Source: a virus
Virus record (IMG/VR): IMGVR_UViG_3300033151_000166
Span: 1-64,000 of that record
Strand: one strand, 5' to 3'
DNA: 64,000 nucleotides
Below the pieces are notes generated by a model. It saw nothing but the letters and a program-made list of their open reading frames with translations. It had not been told where the DNA came from and made no database searches. The position numbers were made by a program, and so were the translations under genes. Shown in pieces: positions 27,661-36,670 of the stretch; the stretch's first letter is position 1; each line of letters opens with the position of its first letter.

Positions 27661-27727
27661 ATAAATTCAAAAGAGTATTGGTGCGGACAACGGACTGAAA
27701 TCTTTTATCAAAAAACAGGAGTCAATT

Positions 27728-28228
27728 ATGACAAAGACACAATTAATCGCAAGAGCAGCAGGTCTGGGTTTACCAGTAGAAGACAAAGATACAAAAGAGG
27801 TACTTTTAGAGAAAGTATCAAACTTTTTCATCGAAAACGATGACAAAGAGGCGCTAGTATCTTTCCTTGAAGAGAACGGTTTCACTCTTGATGAAGAGGG
27901 TAACGTTGTTAAGAAGTCAAAGCGTGGTAGTCTTGGTGAGAACCCAAATACTAAAGCTTTCCATACGATCAAAGTACTTCAAGATGAGACTCTTGCTGAA
28001 CTATCTTATGCAGAGCTTGCTAACTACCTTAAAGAGACTGAGGGTGTTGAAACTACAGCTAACTCTATCGCTTGGTATGCTAACTGGCTTAAGACTAAAG
28101 GCAAAGAGTGTGTTGCTCGTGCTAAAAAGTCTAAGAAAGCTGACAAAGCAGCAGCTGAAGCAGCAGAAGCAGCAGAAGCAGAAGACGCTCCTGAAGTCGA
28201 AGAGACTGAAGAAGCAGCAGAGGTTTAA
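27728..28228 (+). CDS. Putative HTH DNA-binding protein with basic patch and acidic tail
   Basis: VLQDETL..LSYAELANYLK...TTANSIAWY; AGGAG RBS; paralogue of 18127-18528. Confidence 0.65.
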   Translation: MTKTQLIARAAGLGLPVEDKDTKEVLLEKVSNFFIENDDKEALVSFLEENGFTLDEEGNVVKKSKRGSLGENPNTKAFHTIKVLQDETLAELSYAELANYLKETEGVETTANSIAWYANWLKTKGKECVARAKKSKKADKAAAEAAEAAEAEDAPEVEETEEAAEV

Positions 28229-28712
28229 TCCTCTCTTCACGGCTTCGGCCGTGCATATGGTCAATGACCACCAAATTCGCTGGTGCTTCCCAGACTAAAC
28301 GAAGCTATGTTAATTTATGATAAAGTTATTGAGGGTCTAGCCATCCTCAGTACGTTTGTTCAATGCAGTCCTAGTGGTTTATCCACATTTTCTCCTAGGG
28401 CTTCTAGAGTAAACTATAACATCACTGTGTGATTTTTGATTTGAGTTCTCAGAACATAGGCCCTCATCCTCCTATGTTCTCTAGAGCTCGTCATCTTAGG
28501 TCTCGTACACCTTAAGACAGTTCTACCTGCTATGGGGTAACAACATAGACGAGTGTTCTGATCCCGATTAATACGATTAAGAAAGGCAAACAGGTCGTGC
28601 CTTCACACTCTCGGGTCACTAAAAGTCTCATACCATCTCTAGGTGACCCGGTATTATCCAATCAACCTTCTTTCAATACTTCCCTGACATAACGCCTTTA
28701 GTTAGGGAAGAT
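28229..28712 (+). ncRNA. Putative structured non-coding RNA (array of ~10 hairpins)
   Basis: No long ORF. A cUUCGg tetraloop hairpin and several stems with G-U pairs that work only on the plus strand. Confidence 0.6.
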
Positions 28713-28737
28713 CTCATATCAAGCAAATCTATTCATA

Positions 28738-28750
28738 CTTGTGTTATAAT
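28738..28750 (+). promoter_or_regulatory. Extended -10 promoter
   Basis: CTTGTGTTATAAT. Confidence 0.8.
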
Positions 28751-28779
28751 AATTTAAACTAAAACTCAAAGGCTAGATA

Positions 28780-29355
28780 ATGAATATTACTGATACAGTG
28801 GAACGTCAATGGAATTGGCAAAAGACAATGAACTCGGATTTTGATACTATGTACTTGGCAGCGATCGAAGAAGTTGGTGAGCTCGTAGCAAGCTTTGGAT
28901 ATGCAGACTGGAAAAAGTCAGAGAGAGATACTCAGAACATTCTAGTTGAGTCAGCCGACTTATTTATCTTTGTTATCAACTGTGCATACTATGCTAAAGA
29001 ACCTATTAAAGGTCAACTCAATCCTCATATGACACCTATCGGTGACGATCGCAAATTTGCTCAGACACTCATTAGAGCACTGTCAGAGAACGATATGGAC
29101 TATCTAATCAACATTCTATTTACTGAGTACCCAATGGCATATGACTATGTAATGGCTAAGCAAGCACTTAATGCTCTACGTCAAGATCATGGCTATAAGA
29201 CTGGTGACTACATTAAAAACTGGGGTACAGATACTAAACCATACGAAGACAATAGAGCTTTATCAGCACTACTTGGTCGTGGTTTAAACTACAATGGTAT
29301 GTACTTGGAACTAAACACGCAGTATACTGCAATGATGACTACTAGACTAGGATAA
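28780..29355 (+). CDS. dut: Dimeric all-alpha dUTPase (possibly dCTPase-dUTPase)
   Basis: EEVGEL..SFGYADWKK, VESADLF and KQALNALRQDHGYKTG.Y.K.W...EDN motifs of the Campylobacter/trypanosomatid-type family. Confidence 0.88.
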   Translation: MNITDTVERQWNWQKTMNSDFDTMYLAAIEEVGELVASFGYADWKKSERDTQNILVESADLFIFVINCAYYAKEPIKGQLNPHMTPIGDDRKFAQTLIRALSENDMDYLINILFTEYPMAYDYVMAKQALNALRQDHGYKTGDYIKNWGTDTKPYEDNRALSALLGRGLNYNGMYLELNTQYTAMMTTRLG

Positions 29356-29358
29356 ATC

Positions 29359-29535
29359 ATGGCAACAAGTGCAAAGAAGGTTTTGAAGATAGATGCTCAC
29401 GGTCAAGTAGCCGGAACGTATCTATCAGCAACTGAAGCAGCTAAAGATGTAGGCGTTACACCTCAAGCTATCTCTAATGCCTGTAGATATGGTATTAAGG
29501 TCAAAGGCACAAGGTGGATATATGCACGTACTTAA
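29359..29535 (+). CDS. Stand-alone NUMOD1/IENR1-like HTH protein (58 aa, not in ORF track)
   Basis: KKVLKIDAHGQVAGTYLSATEAAKDVGVTPQAISNACR...KGTRWIY; AGGA RBS. Confidence 0.75.
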   Translation: MATSAKKVLKIDAHGQVAGTYLSATEAAKDVGVTPQAISNACRYGIKVKGTRWIYART

Positions 29536-32287
29536 ATACTACCATGTAGACCACAAAGATAAGTGGCATATTGTACCTGAAAGCCAGATACCAGTCAATG
29601 CTAAATATGAGTCAGTCATGTACCTTAAGTATAGAGCTGAAGATGTTGAAGCAAGTGGCGAGCAACAAGAGTATTGGGGTCCAATGTACATTGACCTTGA
29701 TAGCGAAGACGTATTAATAGCCTTAGCTGATATGAGAGAGATCTTAACTTACTTAGACCTCAACTTTAATATCCAAGAACCTAACTATAGAATATATGCT
29801 AGTGGTAGTAAAGGCTTTCACCTAGAGATTAATCCATATCTATATATGGATGGTAAATTCAAAGTAGCTCTACCTCTACGTTACAGAGCTATGGCTGCTA
29901 GAATTAAACAAGATCTTGGTGATAGAGTCTGTATTGACATGGGTGTATACTCACAAGGTAAGGGTAGACAGTGGCGTAGACCAAACGTCAAGCGTGAGAA
30001 TGGCAACTATAAAGTCTGGTTACCAAGAGCGGAGTTTAACAAGTTAGACTTGGATAAACTAAATGATGTAGTTAAACAGCCAGGCTTGGTAGCACCAATA
30101 TTTGAAAAAGTAATGGTGAATGAATTGCTTAAGTCCTGGTTTGAATCTACTAAGAAACTAGTTGAAATGGCTAAGCCATCAAAACCTGTACCAGATAACG
30201 TAATCCTAGATACTGAGACTCCTGAGTGTGTCGTTAAGTTAGCTAGGAATAAAGATGTTAAAGGTAATGTTAATTCAAACCTTCTAGCTATGCAAGCTAT
30301 CAGTTATGGTATAGCTAGAGCTTGGAACGTAGATCAGATTATATCATATAACCGTGAGTTTATCAACAACTACCGCTCATCACAGTATAAAACTGCAGCG
30401 GCTTTTGAAGATCACTTTAGAGGTTTATACGACTATGCATCTGAAGCACCAGACAAATTTAAGTTTGGTTGTAAGATGATGCTATCTTGTGTAGACTCAG
30501 TCGACTGTAACTCTTGTGCCATTAAGATCGGCGAAGACGCAGAGAACATGGTTGAAGGTATTATTGTTAAAGATGGTCACTACTATCTTATACCTGATGA
30601 CCCTGATCAACAACCAAGAAAACTATCTAATTTTACCATCGACTTAAGATCAATGACTTATATGGAAAGTGAGCTATACTCTGAAGAGCCACCAGTATTA
30701 GATATAAAATTTAGTAGTCCAAAGAACGCCACCAGAGGACTATGGTCAGAGAGCAAGAAGGTCAAGCAAGATCTTTTCGCAAGCAAACAGGCGTTCACTA
30801 AAATACTGAGCTTAGAGCTAGCTTACTTTGGCTCAGATAAGGACTTACAGATGTTGAAACTAGCTATTATGCATGCCAGTGACCCCAAGAAGATACTACA
30901 GGTTGAATACACTGGGTTATACTGGAAAAATGATGAGTGGCACTTTGTCACTAAAGACGGTTCTATGTCTCTTAACGGGACTATTGATCTTATCAAGACT
31001 ACAGCAGGTGCAGCGGCAGCTACTAAGACTAAGCTTAACTTTGAGTCTGAGCGCCCACCTAGACCTGACGAGATTATAAAGTACTTTGATACTCTAGCTG
31101 AGATCAACTCTAGTATCGTAACAGTTCCACTTATCACTTGGTTCTTTGGAGCATTCTTTAGTCCGCACTGTATGACTATGAATGAGCCAGCACCAAGTCT
31201 ATTTGTTACGGGTTCACATGGAGCTGGTAAAACTCAGTCTATTCTACAGATGCATAGACTGTTTGCACCAGACAGACCATCGTTTCCTTCTATTAGTAGT
31301 ACAACAGCTTTCTCTATGAATAAGTTCTGTAGCTCGACTAACCTGATGCCACTCATATTTGATGAGTTTAAACCTTCAGCTAACACGTCTAAACGTGGTG
31401 AAGAGGGTCAAGTATCTCAAGCTATTCGTGCTTCATACAATAAAGGCTACGAGTCTCGTGGTACTAAGAATAGAACAGTTGAAGAGACTCCTTTCTTGGC
31501 ACCTATCGGCTTTATTGGTGAACAACAAATTAATGAGGGTGCAGTTCAAGATCGTATTGTTCTAGTACACATGGATAAAGCAACTCACTCTAGAAAAAGA
31601 TCTGATGCTCTGGAAGATTTGAAACGTCTTGATATTGAAGTCATTGGTGCTCACTTCCTAGAGTTTGCTATGCGTGTACGTCCAGAAGAATTTGTTAATA
31701 AGGTTCTAAGCTATGATAAGCAGTTAGAAGACAAGTATAACGGAGTCTTTGATAATAGACCACGTAGAAACTTAGCTAATCTTATGACTGTAATGGACTT
31801 GATTGAGCAGTATGTATTACTATATACAAGTGATGAGTCTTTGGTAGAGAAGTTGGCCGGTATTATGAACGAGTATGTTAGCAGCTTCAATAGTCACTCT
31901 ACTAAAGTATACAATGAAATGCGTGGTATGGACGATACAGTTCAAAGCCTTAATTCATTGAATGACCTTGCCGATCTCATTAACCCTAATCTAGGTGATT
32001 TGGCACTGATGAGAAATAGACAGTATACTATTGAGGATGGCATCCTATACATTGATGTAGCAGCTTGTTATACTAACCTCAGCATCTATATCCAGAAGAA
32101 TAGATTGAACTTGTATCTAACAGACAAATCTAGCTTCTTGATGCAGCTTAACCAGAAGAACTATGTAACTAAGAAGATGTTCAAGTCAGATAAGATTATT
32201 AGTGGCAGACAGCGTATGCTAGTTGGTATCAACTTAGAATTAGCTGAAGCTAGCAGTGTTGTTCTAGACAACTTTAGTAGGAAATAA
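29522..32287 (+). CDS. AEP primase-helicase fusion
   Basis: YIDLD, SGSKGFH and RxPN AEP motifs; Cys cluster; GSHGAGKT Walker A and LIFDEF Walker B. Start likely ATG 29522. Confidence 0.88.
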   Translation: MHVLKYYHVDHKDKWHIVPESQIPVNAKYESVMYLKYRAEDVEASGEQQEYWGPMYIDLDSEDVLIALADMREILTYLDLNFNIQEPNYRIYASGSKGFHLEINPYLYMDGKFKVALPLRYRAMAARIKQDLGDRVCIDMGVYSQGKGRQWRRPNVKRENGNYKVWLPRAEFNKLDLDKLNDVVKQPGLVAPIFEKVMVNELLKSWFESTKKLVEMAKPSKPVPDNVILDTETPECVVKLARNKDVKGNVNSNLLAMQAISYGIARAWNVDQIISYNREFINNYRSSQYKTAAAFEDHFRGLYDYASEAPDKFKFGCKMMLSCVDSVDCNSCAIKIGEDAENMVEGIIVKDGHYYLIPDDPDQQPRKLSNFTIDLRSMTYMESELYSEEPPVLDIKFSSPKNATRGLWSESKKVKQDLFASKQAFTKILSLELAYFGSDKDLQMLKLAIMHASDPKKILQVEYTGLYWKNDEWHFVTKDGSMSLNGTIDLIKTTAGAAAATKTKLNFESERPPRPDEIIKYFDTLAEINSSIVTVPLITWFFGAFFSPHCMTMNEPAPSLFVTGSHGAGKTQSILQMHRLFAPDRPSFPSISSTTAFSMNKFCSSTNLMPLIFDEFKPSANTSKRGEEGQVSQAIRASYNKGYESRGTKNRTVEETPFLAPIGFIGEQQINEGAVQDRIVLVHMDKATHSRKRSDALEDLKRLDIEVIGAHFLEFAMRVRPEEFVNKVLSYDKQLEDKYNGVFDNRPRRNLANLMTVMDLIEQYVLLYTSDESLVEKLAGIMNEYVSSFNSHSTKVYNEMRGMDDTVQSLNSLNDLADLINPNLGDLALMRNRQYTIEDGILYIDVAACYTNLSIYIQKNRLNLYLTDKSSFLMQLNQKNYVTKKMFKSDKIISGRQRMLVGINLELAEASSVVLDNFSRK

Positions 32288-32288
32288 T

Positions 32289-33722
32289 ATGACTTCCTTG
32301 GCAATGACTCCCTTCGATTATCAACTGGAAGATATGAAATTCTTAATATCATCTGGTAAAGCCGCATTGACACACGAACCTGGGGTTGGCAAAACCTTTG
32401 GTGCGATGTTAGCACTTACATATATAATCGAAAAGTCCGGCGGACAGGCCCTAGTTGTTATGCCACCTATTTTACTAAATACTTGGTATGAGAAATTCCA
32501 TGAGTACTTTGATACTGATCTTAAGATATTTGTCTACAAAGGTTCGCCGAAAGAGCGTAAAGCGATCAAATTAGAGAACCATGACGTCGTCTTAGTAAGC
32601 TATGATTTATTGCAGCGAGACTATGAGTCGTTCAGAAAAATTCTATGGAAGTCAGTTACCATAGATGAAAGTAAGTATATCAAGGTTGGCACTGTCACTA
32701 AGTCTAAGAAGACTGGAAACATGAATAAGTTTGGTTGTGTACAGTCTTTAGCCTATAGAGCTGAGTATGTGACCATAATGAATGGGACACCCTTGACGAA
32801 ATCACCTATGGATTTATTCCATATCTTTCAATTGATTAACCCTTCTATGTACATAACTAAGAAGAACTTCTTAAGAACCCATGCTAGATATGCTAAGGAT
32901 GATGGCGGTTTCCCTATGATCATTGGTTGGCAGAAGTTAGAAGCACTGCAAGTACGCCTTGATAGAGTCAGTAGACGTATGATAAAGTCACAGGTACTGA
33001 AAGATCTACCACCTAAGCAGTTAATCATTAAACAATTTGACCTTGAACCTAAACATAGTAAGACCTTAAAAGAACTGATAGACTTTGGTTTTGTAGAGCT
33101 CAAAGACTCTAGTAAAGAATTCCTATTCTTAGAGGGTACTTCTTTATTGATGCAAGCTAGACAAGCTATGTTTGATCCTAGTATATTAGGTTTACCTGGT
33201 GAGTCAGCATATGTAGAGGTATTACAAGATATCTTAGAGGACCTAGGTGATGAGCAAGTGATTATTTTTGCTCACTTTCATGGCACTATAGATATTATAC
33301 GTAAGTTACTAGAGAAGATGAAGCTATCACACACTGAACTGCACGGTAGAGTCACAGCAGCTAAGCGAGATGGAGCAGTGACTGCATTTAAACAAAAGAA
33401 AGTCCAAGTACTACTAGCTAATGCTCTATCAGCTGGTGTAGGTCTAGACTTTCAACAAGCAAGGAATGTTATCTTTGCCGAGCTAGATCATCAAGTAGAT
33501 AGTTTCTGGCAAGGTATGGATAGAGTACATAGACCAGGTCAAACTGATGATGTAAATGTCTTTGCACTGGTAGCTAAGAATACACCAGCCGTAGCTCTAA
33601 TGAGAGGTATTAAAACTAATATAGACTATGTATCAGCTGTACTTACTGGTAAAGAAGACGCTTCAGTCCTATATAACAATAGAATTACTGAGAAAGAGGA
33701 GAGAGAATGGATGGCTTTGTAG
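32289..33722 (+). CDS. SNF2-family (SF2) helicase
   Basis: PGVGKT, TIDES, NGTP, GVGLDFQ and QGMDRVHRPGQ motifs. Confidence 0.92.
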   Translation: MTSLAMTPFDYQLEDMKFLISSGKAALTHEPGVGKTFGAMLALTYIIEKSGGQALVVMPPILLNTWYEKFHEYFDTDLKIFVYKGSPKERKAIKLENHDVVLVSYDLLQRDYESFRKILWKSVTIDESKYIKVGTVTKSKKTGNMNKFGCVQSLAYRAEYVTIMNGTPLTKSPMDLFHIFQLINPSMYITKKNFLRTHARYAKDDGGFPMIIGWQKLEALQVRLDRVSRRMIKSQVLKDLPPKQLIIKQFDLEPKHSKTLKELIDFGFVELKDSSKEFLFLEGTSLLMQARQAMFDPSILGLPGESAYVEVLQDILEDLGDEQVIIFAHFHGTIDIIRKLLEKMKLSHTELHGRVTAAKRDGAVTAFKQKKVQVLLANALSAGVGLDFQQARNVIFAELDHQVDSFWQGMDRVHRPGQTDDVNVFALVAKNTPAVALMRGIKTNIDYVSAVLTGKEDASVLYNNRITEKEEREWMAL

Positions 33723-34276
33723 AGGACCTAATAGAAGAGCATATGTATCTAGTAAATATCATAGCTCATAGATACAAGAACGCTAGTAATGGTTTAGGCT
33801 TTAATGATTTAGTACAAGAAGGTTCTATAGGTCTTATAACCGCAGTGGATTATTATGACCCCACCTACGGTACTAAGTTCTCTAGCTATGCTGGTATCTG
33901 GATTAAGCAGTCGATGACTGATGCCTTGACCTCTAAGTCTAGAGTACTGCGTCTACCAAGTCACATAGTATATAACAAGTTTAGAATCCAGAAGTTTAAA
34001 GATCAATTTCTAGCTACTAATAACTTTGAACCTGATGTAGACATGATATCAAAATCATTGGTTATAGACCGACACCTTGTTATACAGATACTAGACCTAC
34101 AGACTGATAAGTGTGGTTTAACTGAACTAGACTTTGAAGATCAAAACTCTGAAGACATGCTAGAAGTGGTTGAGCAAGATGACAATTTCGACTTTGTCAT
34201 TAAAGGGATGAAGCGTCTCAGTACTAAAGAGCAAATTGTCCTAGCACTAAAATTTAACCTAATGAGCAAGATTTAA
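33707..34276 (+). CDS. RNA polymerase sigma70-family factor lacking region 4.2
   Basis: DLVQEGSIGLITAVDYYDPTYGTKFSSYAGIWIKQSM...RVLRLP (region 2); stops after region 4.1. Confidence 0.9.
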   Translation: MDGFVEDLIEEHMYLVNIIAHRYKNASNGLGFNDLVQEGSIGLITAVDYYDPTYGTKFSSYAGIWIKQSMTDALTSKSRVLRLPSHIVYNKFRIQKFKDQFLATNNFEPDVDMISKSLVIDRHLVIQILDLQTDKCGLTELDFEDQNSEDMLEVVEQDDNFDFVIKGMKRLSTKEQIVLALKFNLMSKI

Positions 34277-34291
34277 GAAACGGTTAAAATA

Positions 34292-34304
34292 CTTGTGCTA
34301 TAAT
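34292..34304 (+). promoter_or_regulatory. Extended -10 promoter
   Basis: CTTGTGCTATAAT. Confidence 0.8.
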
Positions 34305-34365
34305 AATAACATCAAAAGTGAATGTGCACCTTTTGAGTAAAAATTTCAGCACACGGAGACAAAAC

Positions 34366-35001
34366 ATGGCAAAAGTAAAACAAAACATTGAAGATATGGA
34401 CGTAACAGCTGAAGTAGAAGCACCTGTAACAGATGTAGTAGTAACAGGTACGGCGGCAACGCCAGTAGCATCAGGTTCACAGATGCAACAAATGAATACA
34501 GAATTTGAAGGTCTTGATACTATCGCTAGTTTCATGCCTTACTTTATTCTTGATGGCTCAGAGCTACTTAACAAGACTGATAACTCAGCGCATCCAGCGC
34601 TTGAGGTGATTCTTGAAGGTGGTAAACCAGTATGGCAACTATGGGACGAAAGTTCTAACTTGATTGCTGAGAGTTTTGATGGAGCAGTTGATACAGCTGG
34701 TCGTCCTATGGCTGGCTTACTTGCAGCTGAGAAAGAAAAAGCTCAGAAACCTCAAGATATGAAGATCCAAGCACGTTATGAGATTTACTTCTTGTGGGAC
34801 TATGCTGAAGAAGGTGAGAAACTTACAAAGATTTCACTGTCACCAGCATCTAAGTTCCAGCTTGCTGATTATATCAAAGAGCTTTCTAAAGATGGTCTTA
34901 AACTATCTGATGCAAAGACAAAGATCACTGCTGAGCGTGTAGTTTCTAAGCAAGGCTTCCGTTACAGCCGCGCTTCATTCGAGAACATCGGAGACGCATA
35001 A
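34366..35001 (+). CDS. Putative single-stranded DNA-binding protein
   Basis: Replication-module position; OB-like C-terminal half (KISLSPAS...TKITAERV...YSRASF); GGAG RBS before ATG 34366. Confidence 0.5.
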   Translation: MAKVKQNIEDMDVTAEVEAPVTDVVVTGTAATPVASGSQMQQMNTEFEGLDTIASFMPYFILDGSELLNKTDNSAHPALEVILEGGKPVWQLWDESSNLIAESFDGAVDTAGRPMAGLLAAEKEKAQKPQDMKIQARYEIYFLWDYAEEGEKLTKISLSPASKFQLADYIKELSKDGLKLSDAKTKITAERVVSKQGFRYSRASFENIGDA

Positions 35002-35156
35002 TGCGTGCCGGTGGTTCTGGCTGTGTAGGCCGACCTGATGGTGGCAATGAGCGTGAAGGTAAAGCCCGCTTTACTAAGACGCCAATGACACTACAACGTA
35101 AGATCAATCGCCGCAAGAGTAAAGCGGCTCGTGCTAGTCGTAAGGCTAATAGATGA
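35001..35156 (+). CDS. Small basic protein (51 aa, not in ORF track)
   Basis: TAATG-coupled; ends RKINRRKSKAARASRKANR. Confidence 0.65.
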   Translation: MRAGGSGCVGRPDGGNEREGKARFTKTPMTLQRKINRRKSKAARASRKANR

Positions 35157-35365
35157 TGGATATGTCAGCAGCAGTTTTAATGGAAGTTATGACTGCTGAT
35201 ATGATGGCTAGAAGAGGGCAGATAAGTCATACTTATACGCGCTTAATGAGTCAACTATCTGGGCTACATGCATCTAAGGCTAGTCATAATCCCTGGCTAT
35301 TCACAGTGTTAAACTGTATCACGTATAAGGCAAGCTATGAGCGTAATCTTAATAGAGGGTCCTGA
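35153..35365 (+). CDS. Hypothetical protein
   Basis: ATGA overlap; AAGG RBS. Confidence 0.55.
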   Translation: MMDMSAAVLMEVMTADMMARRGQISHTYTRLMSQLSGLHASKASHNPWLFTVLNCITYKASYERNLNRGS

Positions 35366-35849
35366 CAAGTGTGGTAAAACCACGCTAGTCAAGAGTCTAA
35401 CTACGGCTGGTCTACTTCCAAGAGCAAAGCATCTACCTGATGGTCCTTTTAGACCATTGGTTATAGATGGTGCAGTGACTGGTTTAGCATCCACTTTCTT
35501 ATTCTTTGCTAATGAACAACAGTTCTGGCAAGACTATGCAACCACTCCAGGCGACTTCGTCTGTGATCGCGGTATGATATCTATGTTAGTCTATCAAGGC
35601 TATCTTCTTGGTAACATGCCACCTATTGTTATTCTTAACCTGTATAAGACGATCATGACTGATCTGAACATTACAGAGATTGTATACTTGACAAATGAAC
35701 CTTTTGAAGAGTATGATGACAATGACTTATTCGAAGCTTATGGGTACACGCAGATACGTGCCTGTTATGAAGACGCTATTAAACTTGTAGAGTCTAACTT
35801 CGCAGATATAAAAATTACCCGCTTAGATCTTTCTGTAGACACACATTAG
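35337..35849 (+). CDS. Thymidylate-kinase-like dNMP kinase
   Basis: ILIEGPDKCGKTT P-loop; CDRG..S..VYQG. Confidence 0.88.
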   Translation: MSVILIEGPDKCGKTTLVKSLTTAGLLPRAKHLPDGPFRPLVIDGAVTGLASTFLFFANEQQFWQDYATTPGDFVCDRGMISMLVYQGYLLGNMPPIVILNLYKTIMTDLNITEIVYLTNEPFEEYDDNDLFEAYGYTQIRACYEDAIKLVESNFADIKITRLDLSVDTH

Positions 35850-35941
35850 ACGCTTAACAGCGTCTTCGGGTACTTTTCAAATATTCTAATTTAAACTTAA
35901 ACTATATGAAAAGTACCCCACCAATTTTAGGAGCTTAAAAA

Positions 35942-36670
35942 ATGTTATTTATTGATGCTAACAACTATGTTAAAAGAATTTATCACGGCGGTGGAAATCC
36001 TTACACGCTAATTCATGACCTACTCATGAAAAATCTGGACGTACAAATTCAATTTGTATGTGACACTAGTTCTAGTCGTAAGCCTAGACGAGAGATACAC
36101 CCTAAGTATAAGTTTGGAAGAGACATGGGTGATGACCCAGTATACTTTGAAGTTATGGAGAACTGTCAGAACATAGCTAGATGCTTTGACAATGTAACAG
36201 CTCTAAACATCATTAACGCTGAGGCTGATGATTACATCGCTAATAGTGTATCAAAAGGTGACACTGTTATCTCTAATGACCGCGATCTTTGGCCTTTAGT
36301 AAAAGACGGTGTTGAGATACTTCTTAACGCTTCTATGCGTGTAGATGAAGTGGCAATGGTACATAAGTTTGACACGAAAAATCCAGACCACATTTATCTC
36401 TATAAATGCTTAGTTGGTGACACATCAGACAAGATCCCAGGTAAACGTGGATTTGGTAAAGCTGCTTGGGGTAAATTATCTGGCTATGAAAGAGATAAAG
36501 TATGGGAAGCATTACGTACTGGTGAGGCGCATGACCTAATCAATGAGCAGGTTCTTATGTGTTATAAGCTAGCGATGCCTTTACCTATTGGCTCTTACGA
36601 AATCGAGCAGCTTGAAAACCTTAATAGAACTTCGGTTCAATATTGTGAAGACAAAGGAATTATCTTATGA
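35942..36670 (+). CDS. 5'-3' exonuclease / RNase H (FEN family)
   Basis: FIDAN, RREIHPKYK, EADD, SNDRDL and GDTSDKIPG..GFG motifs. Confidence 0.92.
   Translation: MLFIDANNYVKRIYHGGGNPYTLIHDLLMKNLDVQIQFVCDTSSSRKPRREIHPKYKFGRDMGDDPVYFEVMENCQNIARCFDNVTALNIINAEADDYIANSVSKGDTVISNDRDLWPLVKDGVEILLNASMRVDEVAMVHKFDTKNPDHIYLYKCLVGDTSDKIPGKRGFGKAAWGKLSGYERDKVWEALRTGEAHDLINEQVLMCYKLAMPLPIGSYEIEQLENLNRTSVQYCEDKGIIL

Noticed and set aside
28250-28258. 9-nt complement (CGTGCATAT) to the primase start region
   Set aside because: Too short to assign a cis target to the hairpin array.
28379-28387. Perfect DnaA box TTATCCACA
   Set aside because: Single copy inside an RNA-type hairpin; about one such 9-mer is plausible by chance in this window.
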